Shown here piece by piece: positions 52,960 through 64,000 of a stretch of DNA of 64,000 nucleotides. The position numbers were made by a program, and so were the translations under genes. Under the pieces are notes generated by a model that worked only from the letters and a program-made list of their open reading frames with translations, searched no databases and was not told the DNA's origin. The DNA lies in assembly GCF_000002075.1 (NCBI RefSeq), contig NW_004797272.1, forward strand, positions 4,313,839 to 4,377,838. Reading direction: 5' to 3'. The DNA is from Aplysia californica (lineage: Eukaryota). How positions within the stretch are numbered: position 1 is the stretch's first letter; each line of letters opens with the position of its first letter.

Positions 52960-53500
52960 AACAAACAATAAACATCACAACATTAAACCCAAACTGTGAC
53001 CGCGAAATCCTTCGAGCCTCCCCAGAAGAGACGGAGTCATTTTTAATCGATTACGAATCGGACACATGACCCTGACACATAAATACCTCCTTCAGGGAGA
53101 TGAGAAGCCGTTCTGTGTCGGATGCGACACAGATTTTACCTTTAGACACATTTTAACCGAATGTCTAGTCTAGACTTCGGAAACACCCGAAGGAAATATT
53201 TTAAATGCAAAAAGAATGCAAGATTTGTTTTCCGTCGTTGTTCCCAACAGAATTTTGGATTTTATGAAGGCCATTGGCCTTTATGGAAAATTGTTAAAAT
53301 GAAATAAAACTGTTGAAAATGTTATTTTTTGTAAACAATTATTTTTAATTAAAAATGTATTTACCTCCAAATCCAAATTTTAATATTTATACATTTTAAA
53401 GTCTGATAGTTGACTCGAGCCCAGCCGTGCAGTGATCTGTTGCGAATGCAACCAACTTGTGTTTCGCGCGCTCATAATCATATGATCTTATGCAGAATAC
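52960..53500 (+). mobile_element. I/Nimb-clade LINE 3' fragment (second fragment at ~53790-53945)
   Basis: RRDGVIFNRLRIGHMTLTHKYLLQGDEKPFCVGCDTDFTFRHILTEC (CX2CX7HX4C knuckle); 3' UTR ends in GCGCGCTC..ATATGATCTTATGCAG. Confidence 0.85.
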
Positions 53501-53974
53501 AAACATACTGTAAGTGTTGTAGTGTGACTTAGTGTTTTGAGAAAAGAGCCGCTTTAAAGCAATAAATTGCCGAAGGCTTGACTATTTCCATGTTTTCAAA
53601 GGCAGTTTATGTGATGACATGTTTGAAAGAGAAGTTTCCTCATTATTTCATCTTATCTTTTAAAAGATTCTATCGTGGCTTATATTTGTAAATAGCTTAT
53701 AAGTTATATTTCATTTATATTTTACCCAAATCTGCAATTTAAAGGAGTACACATTTAAATCCTATTTACCAGTTGCAAGTGCCCTAAAACCCCTACTAAA
53801 ACTATACAGTCTCTGTGGGAGACATTGGAAAAAACAAATAATAGACGAAAACTTTCTGGCCTCCCTAGAAGAGAAGAGGTCATTTTTTACTCGATTACGC
53901 ATCGGACACACGTCTCTAACACATAAATGTACCTCCTTAAATAACAAACAGATATTTGACAAGATCTTCTCATG

Positions 53975-54125
53975 TCCATAGCTGGGACCTATTCCCATCA
54001 GGGTGAAGTGAGGAAAATTCATGTAAAGTTCCTTTCCTGAGGACACAAAGTCAGGTCTCTAATGGGATTCAAACCCATAACCTTACAGACAGTTGCAAGT
54101 ACAAGAACCTAACCACTACGCTACC
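53975..54125 (-). mobile_element. CORE-type tRNA SINE remnant
   Basis: Reversed head (GGGATTCAAACCC..AACCTAACCACTACGCTAC) and core (GGGTGAAGTGAGG..GTAAAGT.CCTT.CCTGAGGACAC). Confidence 0.6.
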
Positions 54126-54668
54126 AGCTACCAATCTTCAATCTGTACAGACCAATGTTGTTTACTTTTTATTTTTCCAATTTAGATCAGCAAGAAAGAA
54201 GGGAGGCTTTGACCCTGCCTGTCACAGCCAACTCAGATTAAGAGCTCTCCTAGGGATCTTACAACTTCCCAGCAGAAAGACAAAGATGCTCAATTCAAAT
54301 TCCCCCAACTAAGGAACTAAACCTGGGTCTCACTCTCCTGCATGCGATGGCAAAGCACCTAACTTCTACATCACAGACTGTAAAAAAGCAGTTTGACGAT
54401 GTTCTGTCTACCATCTTACTTTATTTACCATTTCAATTTCACAGTTCTGCACTATGCATACAGGTACAAAAGACAGAACTTGGTTCATCCAAGGAGAGAG
54501 TCCTTACTTTCTGCACTTTGGTACACTGCATTGAATTCGAATCTCAACCTAAGCAAGCATAGTGAGAGTAACAAAATTTCCTCACAATCACAAATTTATC
54601 AAATCCTGAACATATTATATTACATTGTAATCCAAAAGTGGATAGACCATGATCAGGTAACAAAAATA

Positions 54669-55346
54669 ATCTGTCCCCGTAGGATTATGCGATTGTGCGG
54701 CCGCGGCTTTTTCGCGTAATTCTGCACATTTGCATAATTTTGGATTCCCCGTGGGGTTTTTTCCGTTTTTTTTAACAATTAATTTTCTCATGTGACTAAA
54801 GGGGAATAATCACCGTAATAAGTCTTATCTGGTCTTATTTAAGTGAAAAGTTGGTTATTTCCCTTGGTAGAAGACCTTGGTTATGGTTTGGGATTTTGTT
54901 CCTTGAGCATGTTCAATTTTTCAATCCATCAAAAGTTGTTCTCGTGTCTGCTGATGCTTCATGTTTGACAGGTGTTCCTGGTTGTAGTAATGTGCCAGCA
55001 TCAGAGGTCCAGATGTCCTTTTTTAACAATTTTCTTTCCCAGATCTAGATCTAGATCTAGATCTACAGCTGAAAGTTACAGAGATTATATTTTTTAGTTG
55101 TTTGTTGTTTTTTTTTACAGATATGTGTATTGTTTTCTTTCCAAATACACTACAAATTACTGATATGTTCTGTTTTAAATTTTTCTGTACTTAAAACATA
55201 AAAGTCATGAAAATTTGTGTTGAAAAAGTGCAAAACATGTCGCGAAAGGTGTTACGGTAACATGCATAATTTTTGCATAATTTGGCTTTTTTTTTCGCCA
55301 TAAATTGGCCACATCTAAATTCGCATAAAATTCTACGGGGACAGAT
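54669..55346. mobile_element. MITE with TIR ATCTGTCCCCGTAG and GCATAA subterminal repeats
   Basis: 14-bp perfect TIR flanked by TA; a related solitary end lies at ~50480-50556. Confidence 0.75.
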
Positions 55347-55366
55347 TAATGTTACAAGTAGGCCTA

Positions 55367-56224
55367 CAGTGGAATCCTGTTATAACGAGAGGGATGGGAC
55401 CGGTGCCAAATGTCCGTTATAGTAGCAAGATTTTCGTTATAAGGGATCCAGTAATAAATTCAAGGGAAATAGTAAAGTAGGCCTAATCTATGAGTCTGGT
55501 TTTCGGTTTATATCTTTTCGTAATTTCCCCTGATGATGATTGGGTTCAACATGACCTGTAAGTCTGACTTGANNNNNNNNNNNNNNNNNNNNNNNNNNNN
55601 NNNNNNNNNNNNNNNNNNNNNNNNNNNNNNNNNNNNNNNNNNNNNNNNNNNNNNNNNNNNNNNNNNNNNNNNGTTGGCGATCAGAGAGAAAGTTCTCTTG
55701 GCTAACTCGCCCGCTGTGTTGTCCCCCACCCCACCACACCCTGTGGTGCGTTCCGTCTACTTGCGCACAATGGGAACATACCACACCCCGCCACGTCACA
55801 CATTCGCTCTGTACATCACAATGACCTCTCCATCACCACGTCGGAGAAGAGAGAGGCATAATAGGCCTAGATAATTTAGACTAGGCTGGCCTGTCACATG
55901 ATGCGTTCTGCTTGTCTGTGCATGCCACACTCTCCCCACCCCATTCAATCCGACCTTCATTGTTGGCACTCGTGGGCTCTCCCATTCTTTGTTTCGCAAG
56001 ATAACCAACAAGTTTCTCAACTGGCAAGGTTTTACATGAATAAATAGCATATGCGCTGTGCACAGCAGCAGATATATTCCGGTATAACCGACTCCAGTGT
56101 TAGTCTGATTGCGTTATATTAGTATATTTACAAAGATAAAGAAGGGAAAAAATGGGGTTTTAGAAAAGTGACTTTATAACAGACTTCTCGTTATCTCAGG
56201 ACTCGTAATAAGTGGATTCCACTG
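55367..56224. mobile_element. Tigger-like MITE (contains a gap)
   Basis: TA TSD; CAGTGGAATCC...ATAACGAG / CTCGTAATAAGTGGATTCCACTG. Confidence 0.75.
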
Positions 56225-57494
56225 TAGTACATTTATAATGTTGTCTCCAAGCACAAAAAAACAGGGAACAAAATGCTCAAAGGAAGTGTCTTCCGAGACC
56301 TGGTCTCCCCAGACAACTAAGCCAGGGAGAGCAGGGAAATTATTTGCGATGCGCTTTTATGCCGGTTCACACAGGGTGACGGGTTCCGGGTTCATTCACA
56401 TTAATCACATGATTCACATCTTCTTCTAAACAGTATTTTCTGACTTGTCTTAATTTTATTTCAATGCTTTCCTAGTGACCTAAAACTAGATCTAATACAT
56501 GTAATACAGTATACTGCAGACTTAGTGTGATGATCAGTTTTATAATGACCAAATTGTTGGCTTATAATATAAATAAAAAAGAATAAAATGTGCGTTGTAT
56601 CTCTAGTGTATGCCTTAGTGAAAGAGACCAACTTACTACCTGGCCACTGATTCTTAGGTTCATTTTGAAATTTCTTAGATTTATACCTGGAATCAAAATC
56701 AAATCCTGCCAGATGTGAAGCTTTTTCTGAGTGATAATCTGATATGGTCTAATTTGTGTCCGGTGGGGCATAAAACACAAAAACTAATTATTTTGATTTT
56801 TCACTGACACACTTGATGCTCAAAAAATGCCTAAAAAATGTCTAGGTAGAAATTGGTCCTACCAGTACCTGAGGCTACGCATGCTATTGAGCACAACACC
56901 CAAGAAAGACTGTTTTAATTAGATTCGAGGAATTTCTAAGGGCTAAAACAGTGGGTTATCTATAGGCCCTACTGTATAATGTATCAGCCCTGAAGCTCAT
57001 GTTTCAAGAAGACACCTTTTTCTATGCTTCTAGAAGAATTCTGAAAGCAAGATAGCTCTACTTAGACTTAGACCAGCATCTCTGTAGGACACAAAAAGAG
57101 CATTTTGGAAATTTTGATGCTGAAACCTTTGAAAATGGTTTAATTTTTAAACATGTTATTGTAATTTTAATACAACTAGGACTAGGAGGATCCTGGTCTC
57201 CCTAGTCTTTTCCATGTTCAAATATATTGATATATCCATTTTAAAGAGAAAAGAGTGACTTGAGCGACTGGTACTGGTATCAGTGTAGGTAACTTTAAAG
57301 AGCAATGGAAAGTTGGACACAAAACAATGTATCCCGTCTCAAGTTGGTAACATGTGTTAGATGTGATGTTAAATTAAGAACTCACACCATAGACTAACAA
57401 AAAAATACCCCTGAGTTTAAAGGTTAACTATAAACTATAAGCAGGGGAAGAATGAGACCAACACCTGTGTAAAAATGAGTAATACTAAACAATT

Positions 57495-60471
57495 TACTTT
57501 GTAGTTGACTCATTTTTATTTCTTTAAAAAAAAAAAACCTCTTGTTATCATTAAAATATTCTTGTCAATGACTTTTTTTTATTTCCAACCCAAAAAAGTA
57601 TGCACAATTCTTTACATTTATAATACATATTATAATAATTATAATATAACAAGACGATTAAAGTCTGCTATTTCAGCAAAAAGAAACATTAACCAATTAC
57701 ATAATAATGTACTTTTTTATCAAGCAAATGAAAAAAATGTGTACTTCTGAAATGCTAAAAATCAAAGTGAAAACGAGCAGTTATTATACTAATAGTAAAT
57801 GTTTGCATTATATGATGCCAGGATGAGGAATGCATTCTAATATCTTTCAACGGCACACTTTTCCTCCCTCCAGCTTCTTCATGATCTCAGACTCAGGCAT
57901 AATTTTCCTCTCACTCCTGTCTTTCTCTCACACTTTCCCTCTTTGAAAATAAAAAATAAAAATAACAGATAAAACATCCTTAGCATTGAATTCAAACGTA
58001 CTGCAACAAAGATTAAAAGCTGTTTAACTTTTAACCCCTTCAATTCAAGACCCTCTCCAGGCAGTTTTTGTCTCAACTTCAGAAAGCTAGCTCTGCTAAA
58101 CTGTAAACACCATGGCCAAAGTCGAAAAATCCTGAAACCTGTGCAAGATAGAAAGTCACGGAACATGGGCGTTGAGAAGGAGTTGGAATTTATTTTGTTA
58201 ATCCATGTTTTAAGTTATTACAGTTTAAAAAACTCTTTGCCCACCTACTGCAAAAGTAAGTTTCGATTGCAGTAGTTCCTACTTCGGCTCCAATAATATA
58301 TATTAATAAGTTATAAGAATAAGAGATGACACAAGTTCTATGTTACAGTTACAGTTTGACTTTTGCAACACTCTACACAATTTGATTGGGAGTCCAAACC
58401 AAATCTGTTCTAACTTTGAGATCAGGATTTGATGCTGTTATGCTGTAGAACTTTTTTATTCTGAAAAAATTGTAGCCTTCACTTTTGTTGCAGCTCAAGG
58501 AATAAAAAAGGTCTGAGCTTTTGAATTTTTGCAAAAAAAGTGATCGAAACAAGACACAATAGTTTCCAGTAATGATCATAACATTTGTACAAGTAATTCC
58601 TTTACATCTTCTGGTGGCTCTTTACTTCCTTAAAAGTCACACGCAGTGTATCCTTCACAATGCAGGGTAGTGACGCCAAGGAAAAGTTTCTATGGTACCG
58701 TTACGAAAAGACAAAGAGAAGATGAAAACACGTAGGACGAGGACAACAAAAATGATCAAATTATAATTGCATGTTCCTTTTAGAAACTTACATTTACACA
58801 GCCCCATAGCAGTAAATTTTAAGAAAACAGGAAACAAAAACTTTGAAACCAAAAAGCTCTTTACTTTAAGGACAAGATGGATTTTTATTACATGTTCCGC
58901 CATTCTAATTCATGAATCTTCACAATTTCAATTTGAACTACAGGTCTATACTATAAAAATACAATTCTCTGCAACGTACAGAGATTCTTTTTCCCTTTTA
59001 AAATGATAAAATGTAAAGAAATAACATTGGTTTCAACTTTCAAATAATTCAAATAAACTTAAACACCTTTATTATACAGGGAAATCATTAAAATTAGAAT
59101 TTTGCGGACAGGATTATAACATAGAAGCAAAAAAATTAACAGAGGACCTCTGTGTGCCATATTACATTATGAAGGAGAGAAAAGGTGAGTGGAGACTGAT
59201 ACCGTCCCTAAAAAACTCCTTGGTTCTAAGCTCATACCAAATCAAATTGTATAGACTCAAGTAATTGATCCTGTCTAAACATAATGAGTATGCACAAGTG
59301 TCATTAGTGATACTATGGTACATAAAACATTGTAAAAAAAAATAATTTAAAAAATACATATGTACAAAAGCAGTTTCCTACAGCCAATTTTCTTAATATA
59401 TATTTTTATTAGTCTAACTACACATGAAAATTGCAGAAAGTATAGATGTCCCTAATAGACTTGTGTTTCACTTTCAGCAATAAAGTATGAAGATAGTGAT
59501 TGTTTTGTTTGTCTACTTGTATTGGTATTCTTGTTAACCGTTAACCAAACCCCTCCAAAATAAATTTTTTTAAAGAAGCAACAAGAAGACAAAACAATTA
59601 ATTGCTTCAGGTTCTGCTCTTGCAGCATCAGGAACCTAACAGCATCCTTCAATGTGAAAAAAAATAAAATTTATAGCTAAACAACTTGCATTGCATTGTT
59701 TCTAGTTCAGTGCAGAACAAATATCTTCAGTACAGTATCCGCATGAAGGAGTGACTCACAGTTACTTGGAACCAACATGGCTTGATTAGTGTTTGAACAC
59801 TACAGCCACGCAATTCCAACTTTATTGACAAAACAAAACAAATGTTGCACCATTTGATGAGGAAAGCACCCCTAAATTTATACTAAATATAAAGTAAACA
59901 GCAGTACGCAAATGGTTGGAAAAACACAAAACTGAAGCATCATTTTACAATGAATCATAAGTCAAGGATGTATCTGGCGACGCATAGTAGCCTACTCCTC
60001 CTTCAGTAAATATAATTTGATCTGTTTTATCAGTCAAAGTATGGTTTGAGTAAGACAGAAACTTAACACTTGGTGGACTGTCGTACAATTTTCCTGAAAA
60101 GAACTGTAACAGTTATTTCTTTCACAAGCAAGTATTTAGGATGAGAGTCAGAATGCAACCTTACTNNNNNNNNNNNNNNNNNNNNNNNNNNNNNNNNNNN
60201 NNNNNNNNNNNNNNNNNNNNNNNNNNNNNNNNNNNNNNNNNNNNNNNNNNNNNNNNNNNNNNNNNAGGATCTCATTTTTAAAAATTATCAAACTTTGAAA
60301 CAGTTAAGTAGATTGCAATTCATCCAAGTTATACACATCAGTCATGACTCATTCATAATAAAAAAGCATCCACTTGAACTCTATGCGTAGCCGTTGTAGT
60401 GTTCAAAACCCTTTCCTTGACACATGAAAGTCTGTGCAGTCAGAGATTTTCCTTCCTGATATTGTATCATT
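57495..60471 (-). other. Putative 3' UTR of the Bcl-2-family gene (~3 kb, contains a gap)
   Basis: Minus-strand AATAAA at 57515-57520; AU-rich; A/C-rich + strand. Confidence 0.4.
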
Positions 60472-60588
60472 TCATCTCGAAGCCACAACAGTAGCTAAGG
60501 CACCCAGACCAATTGCAGTGAAGAGGACTCCTTTCCAAATCTTTTCTTCGAATTCTCCCTGGTCTGGGAAGTACTCCACAAAGGCATC
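60472..60588 (-). CDS. Bcl-2 family protein (Bcl-2/Bcl-xL/Mcl-1-like), last exon: end of BH2 plus C-terminal transmembrane anchor
   Basis: tttctttttcAG|DAFVEYFPDQGEFEEKIWKGVLFTAIGLGALATVVASR-TGA; phase-0 intron at the conserved (GW)|D position of BH2; hydrophobic tail ending in Arg. Confidence 0.8.
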   Translation of the reverse strand, partial: DAFVEYFPDQGEFEEKIWKGVLFTAIGLGALATVVASR

Positions 60589-62269
60589 CTGAAAAAGAAA
60601 ACAACATCATGGTCCATTTTAAACTTAAACTCAAGGCCACATTATCATTTTTCCGTTAAAGTTAGCAATCTAGTGTGTTGTGACACTTCTGATATAATTA
60701 ATACTACCAAAAAAACCCTGACAGTGACAGGCACGGTAATAATAAAGATACAATTACACGGTGTGCAACTTGAATTCACAGACTTCAAAAAACAAAGTAG
60801 ACTACAGCCACAAGGTTTCTTTAACTTTAACAGGTAATTTTGTTTTTGGAGTTAACTAACACACAACCAGTCCTGAGTACATGTACTAGATCTAGTGGTA
60901 CAGTGGAAGTCGGATTCAACAAAGTCGTCGGGCCTGACCTTCAATTTCGTCGAATCTGAGTGTTCATATTAAAAATTAGCAAACAGGTGGTTTTTGTATA
61001 GTATAGATTATATATGAACCGAGCGAGTAATTTTAAAGTAAAGGGGAGTAAAAAGTGGTAGGCTACCCTGAAATGCCACCTTTTTAGGCTTCTTTTCAAC
61101 TTCCTCAATCAAAAGCAGTTTCGTTTCCAATGAGGGGCATTTTCGTTTCCTTCATGCCAAACCGAACAGCGCTAGAAAATACACAGAACTCTACCAAGCA
61201 TATGCTCTGCAAAAGGGCTGAGTCATTCAAATGCATGCCTTTGTCATCTATGACTATGATGCATTGTTTGCTGAACTTGTGTTGCTGTGTAGAGCTTTGC
61301 ATAGATTATAATGATGTATACGCCAATGTCTGATTCTTCAGACCAACGCACATTTCATTACGAAGGTCTATGCCAAAACTAGCTTAAAATCAATGTAATA
61401 TAATTTATATAAATATTGATCAGTAGTGTAAGAACACCACAGACACCAGTAGTGAATATTCATGGAACCCAAAAGATAATTCCTCATAGTTGGAGCAACA
61501 ATCAACTAGAGCTAGTGAGGGTCACCACCCAAAGCTGGCAAACAAGGACGGTACCAATGTTTATCAAATCAACTGATCAGACCCAAGCAAAAACAGATAC
61601 AGTAGTATTGTGATAATTCAATTATAATTAAGCTTAAAAAACCTGACAGAGCGGGCAGAGTAAAAAAAGTAATGCACGAGATTCAACATTCAATTCAATC
61701 TACATCTCTAACTCTGTCAATAAAAAAACTCCACAGCTTTCAATTTCTAAGGAAACAGAATTTTTTCTGGTTATTTTATAGCAAAAAACTATTGCCAAAG
61801 ATCCCAATTTCAAAAGATTGAAACTGAACTTAGACGTCACTTTTAAATTCTCAATTTAACCCTAATTAAAAGTACATTTTCTGAACAACCAACAGCAACT
61901 TTTGTAAAATTAGTATAAATAAAAGTCACACCCCATCTAGCCGTCTCATCACTTGCAACTTCCATTAAGACCACCGCAGGCATGTTGAGCAGGTACGTAA
62001 ACACATTCAAGTCACGTTAAATCTATCTGCCTGACATGTGGCATTTACTATTTTCATTTCATATACACTGACAGGACAAAATTACAAAAGAAGTAAACCC
62101 AAACACGATAGACCTGAATGAGATGCTGTTTGCGCACGATCAAAGCCTGGCATATATATGAGAAAGAAGACCAACCTAAAGAGCACACGGACAGGCTGAA
62201 TACACAATGTGAAAAGCTCAACATGAAGAGATCAGTAAAAGTAAAAGCAAAACGGAGATGATGAAAATA

Positions 62270-62930
62270 GCGGAACACCTGGCAACCCTAACACAACATC
62301 ACCATCTACGGAAATCCGCTGAAACAAGTCAATGAGTGCAAGTATCTAGGTGGCATCTTTTCGGAAGACTGACGTCTCAACAAAGAAATTGAGACGAGAG
62401 TACAAAAGGCTAACAGCTTGCCCCACTCCTCAAACATGATCCAAATATCCCCACTGAGACCAAAGCCAAGCTCATTAACTATATCTTCATCCCCACCTTG
62501 ACCTACCAGTGCCAGACATGGACCCTGACCAAAAGTCTGGAAGGTATGATAACCACCTGCGAGATTAGATGTCTAAGGAGAGCCGTCAACAAAACCAGAC
62601 AGGATATGGACAGAAACAAGATCAAAGAAATGATGGGAACAACGCCTATCCTCCACTACATTCGAAGGCAAACAATTAGGTGGTTTGGACATCTCACACT
62701 TAAGGCACCTCATCAGCTTGCCAATAAAGCCTACTACAGGAAAGTATCAGGGTACAAGACAATAAGAGGAAGACCAAGAAAGACCTGGATCCAAGTAGTG
62801 AGTGAAGGATACCCTGAGAACATAAAATATCCTACCCAGCCAGGCCATCAAACTTGCTAGAGAAAGGGAGCTCTTTCTCCACTCGACGCCCTAGCTAGAG
62901 ATACAAGAGGGCTGATAAAGTAAAGTAAGT
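62270..62930 (+). mobile_element. RTE-clade LINE 3' fragment, intronic and antisense to the Bcl-2-family gene
   Basis: LKQVNECKYLGGIF, PTLTYQCQTWTL, EIRCLRR, IRWFGHL, RGRPRKTW; TAAAG/TAAG tail. Confidence 0.85.
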
Positions 62931-62978
62931 ATCCACTGACAGTGACAGACAAAACTTATTAACTGACCTGTCGTGGTA

Positions 62979-63786
62979 CAGTATAATCCGCTTATAAATA
63001 GGCCTATATATTATATTATATCGACATGCTCTGGGAAGTGTATTTGATGTTGAATATATAAAATTGTTGATAAATGAAATAAGAGGATAAAACGAGGAGA
63101 GGTCAGCGGTAAAAAGACAACTTGACTTTTTTAAGCTGGCCACTTCCCTTGATTATTACACAACTACACCGTGAAACTAAAAAGAAGCAGAGGGGAGGGA
63201 GGGTTGGAGTTACTGTACCAAAGACCTAGTAACACGAGGTGCACACTACACACCAGTGCAAACTTTATTGTAGCAATCCTTGTACGGCTTGTTTACGTCG
63301 CTTGCTGGGGAAAATGGCGAAATGTGAGGCACTGACTCATTGACAGTGGCACTTGCCAGCAACAGACTTGAGATTACTGAGAATGGGGAAGGGGAGTGAG
63401 CGATCGGGAGTGGGGGTAGGGAGGTGATGCCCAGCACGCGAGACGCTCACGTCTGTGAGGCACTGTACTGTGTTGAAGACTAACACTGTGTAGGCCCTAC
63501 ATGACCTACTAAAGCCTGGTGTGTCGAAATATGCTACTTGGCGGGTATTCAGACTTAATGAAGAACTAATGCCTTGACCGTTTGTGTGGGTTTTCCCTCC
63601 ATTTATGTTCGAGGCCTTCGCCAGGTACCCAGGAAGCATGTCGATATTTACAGAATGGGCAGAAGAAAAGTATATGAGGAATTATTTAGCGAAGATATTG
63701 AAGGAAAAATTTCGTCATTGGAAAACATGTCGATATATATGTCAAAATGTCGAAACATCGGCTGCCGATATAAGTGGATTATACTG
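62979..63786. mobile_element. Tigger-like MITE
   Basis: TA TSD; TIR CAGTATAATCCRCTTATA; subterminal ATCGACATG/CATGTCGATA repeats. Confidence 0.8.
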
Positions 63787-64000
63787 TATTTTATCAAATT
63801 GTTCATTAATCACCTCTTGAAACAATGAGGAAGTCCAGCATTTTTTCTTGGGTTAAGAAGTCGCACCATGCCCACAGTAGACTCAGTTAAGAAAAGACTT
63901 GGGAACAGTGAGTCTGATATGAGCTCACTTTCTCAGAACTGTTCAGGGTCAGTCATTCCATTGAGTTATAATACATGTAATTCAATTCCCTCAACAGACT

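Overview
This is AT-rich eukaryotic (animal) genomic DNA with spliced genes and three assembly gaps. The repeat content suggests a marine invertebrate such as a mollusc or other lophotrochozoan, but that is inference only. Four protein-coding genes were reconstructed by hand from GT-AG exons. (1) The six 3' exons of a Csk tyrosine kinase (+, 1519-6328), followed by a probable ~10 kb 3' UTR. (2) A complete 10-coding-exon galactose-1-phosphate uridylyltransferase, GALT (-, 24634-34637, 353 aa). (3) The single coding exon of the minor-spliceosome protein SNRNP35 (+, 45561-46181), head-to-head with GALT around a CpG-rich region at ~37.4-37.75 kb. (4) The last exon of a Bcl-2/Mcl-1-type gene (-, 60472-60588), which the ORF track misses. 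The rest is dense with transposon debris: hAT, mariner, Tigger-like and piggyBac-like MITEs, Gypsy, RTE and I/Ingi LINE fragments, and tRNA-derived SINEs. The most noteworthy observations are the loss of three of four metal ligands in GALT, a candidate 52-nt poison or mutually exclusive GALT exon, and a multi-level nest of TIR elements including an unclassified GTGG-ended group clustered at the putative promoter. A SINE-LINE pair sharing a 3' hairpin and (TAGATC)n palindromic arrays beside CpG-rich regions are also visible. I found no CRISPR array, no rRNA, no bona fide tRNA gene and no convincing wholly new system. Coordinates were counted by eye; repeat boundaries are approximate.
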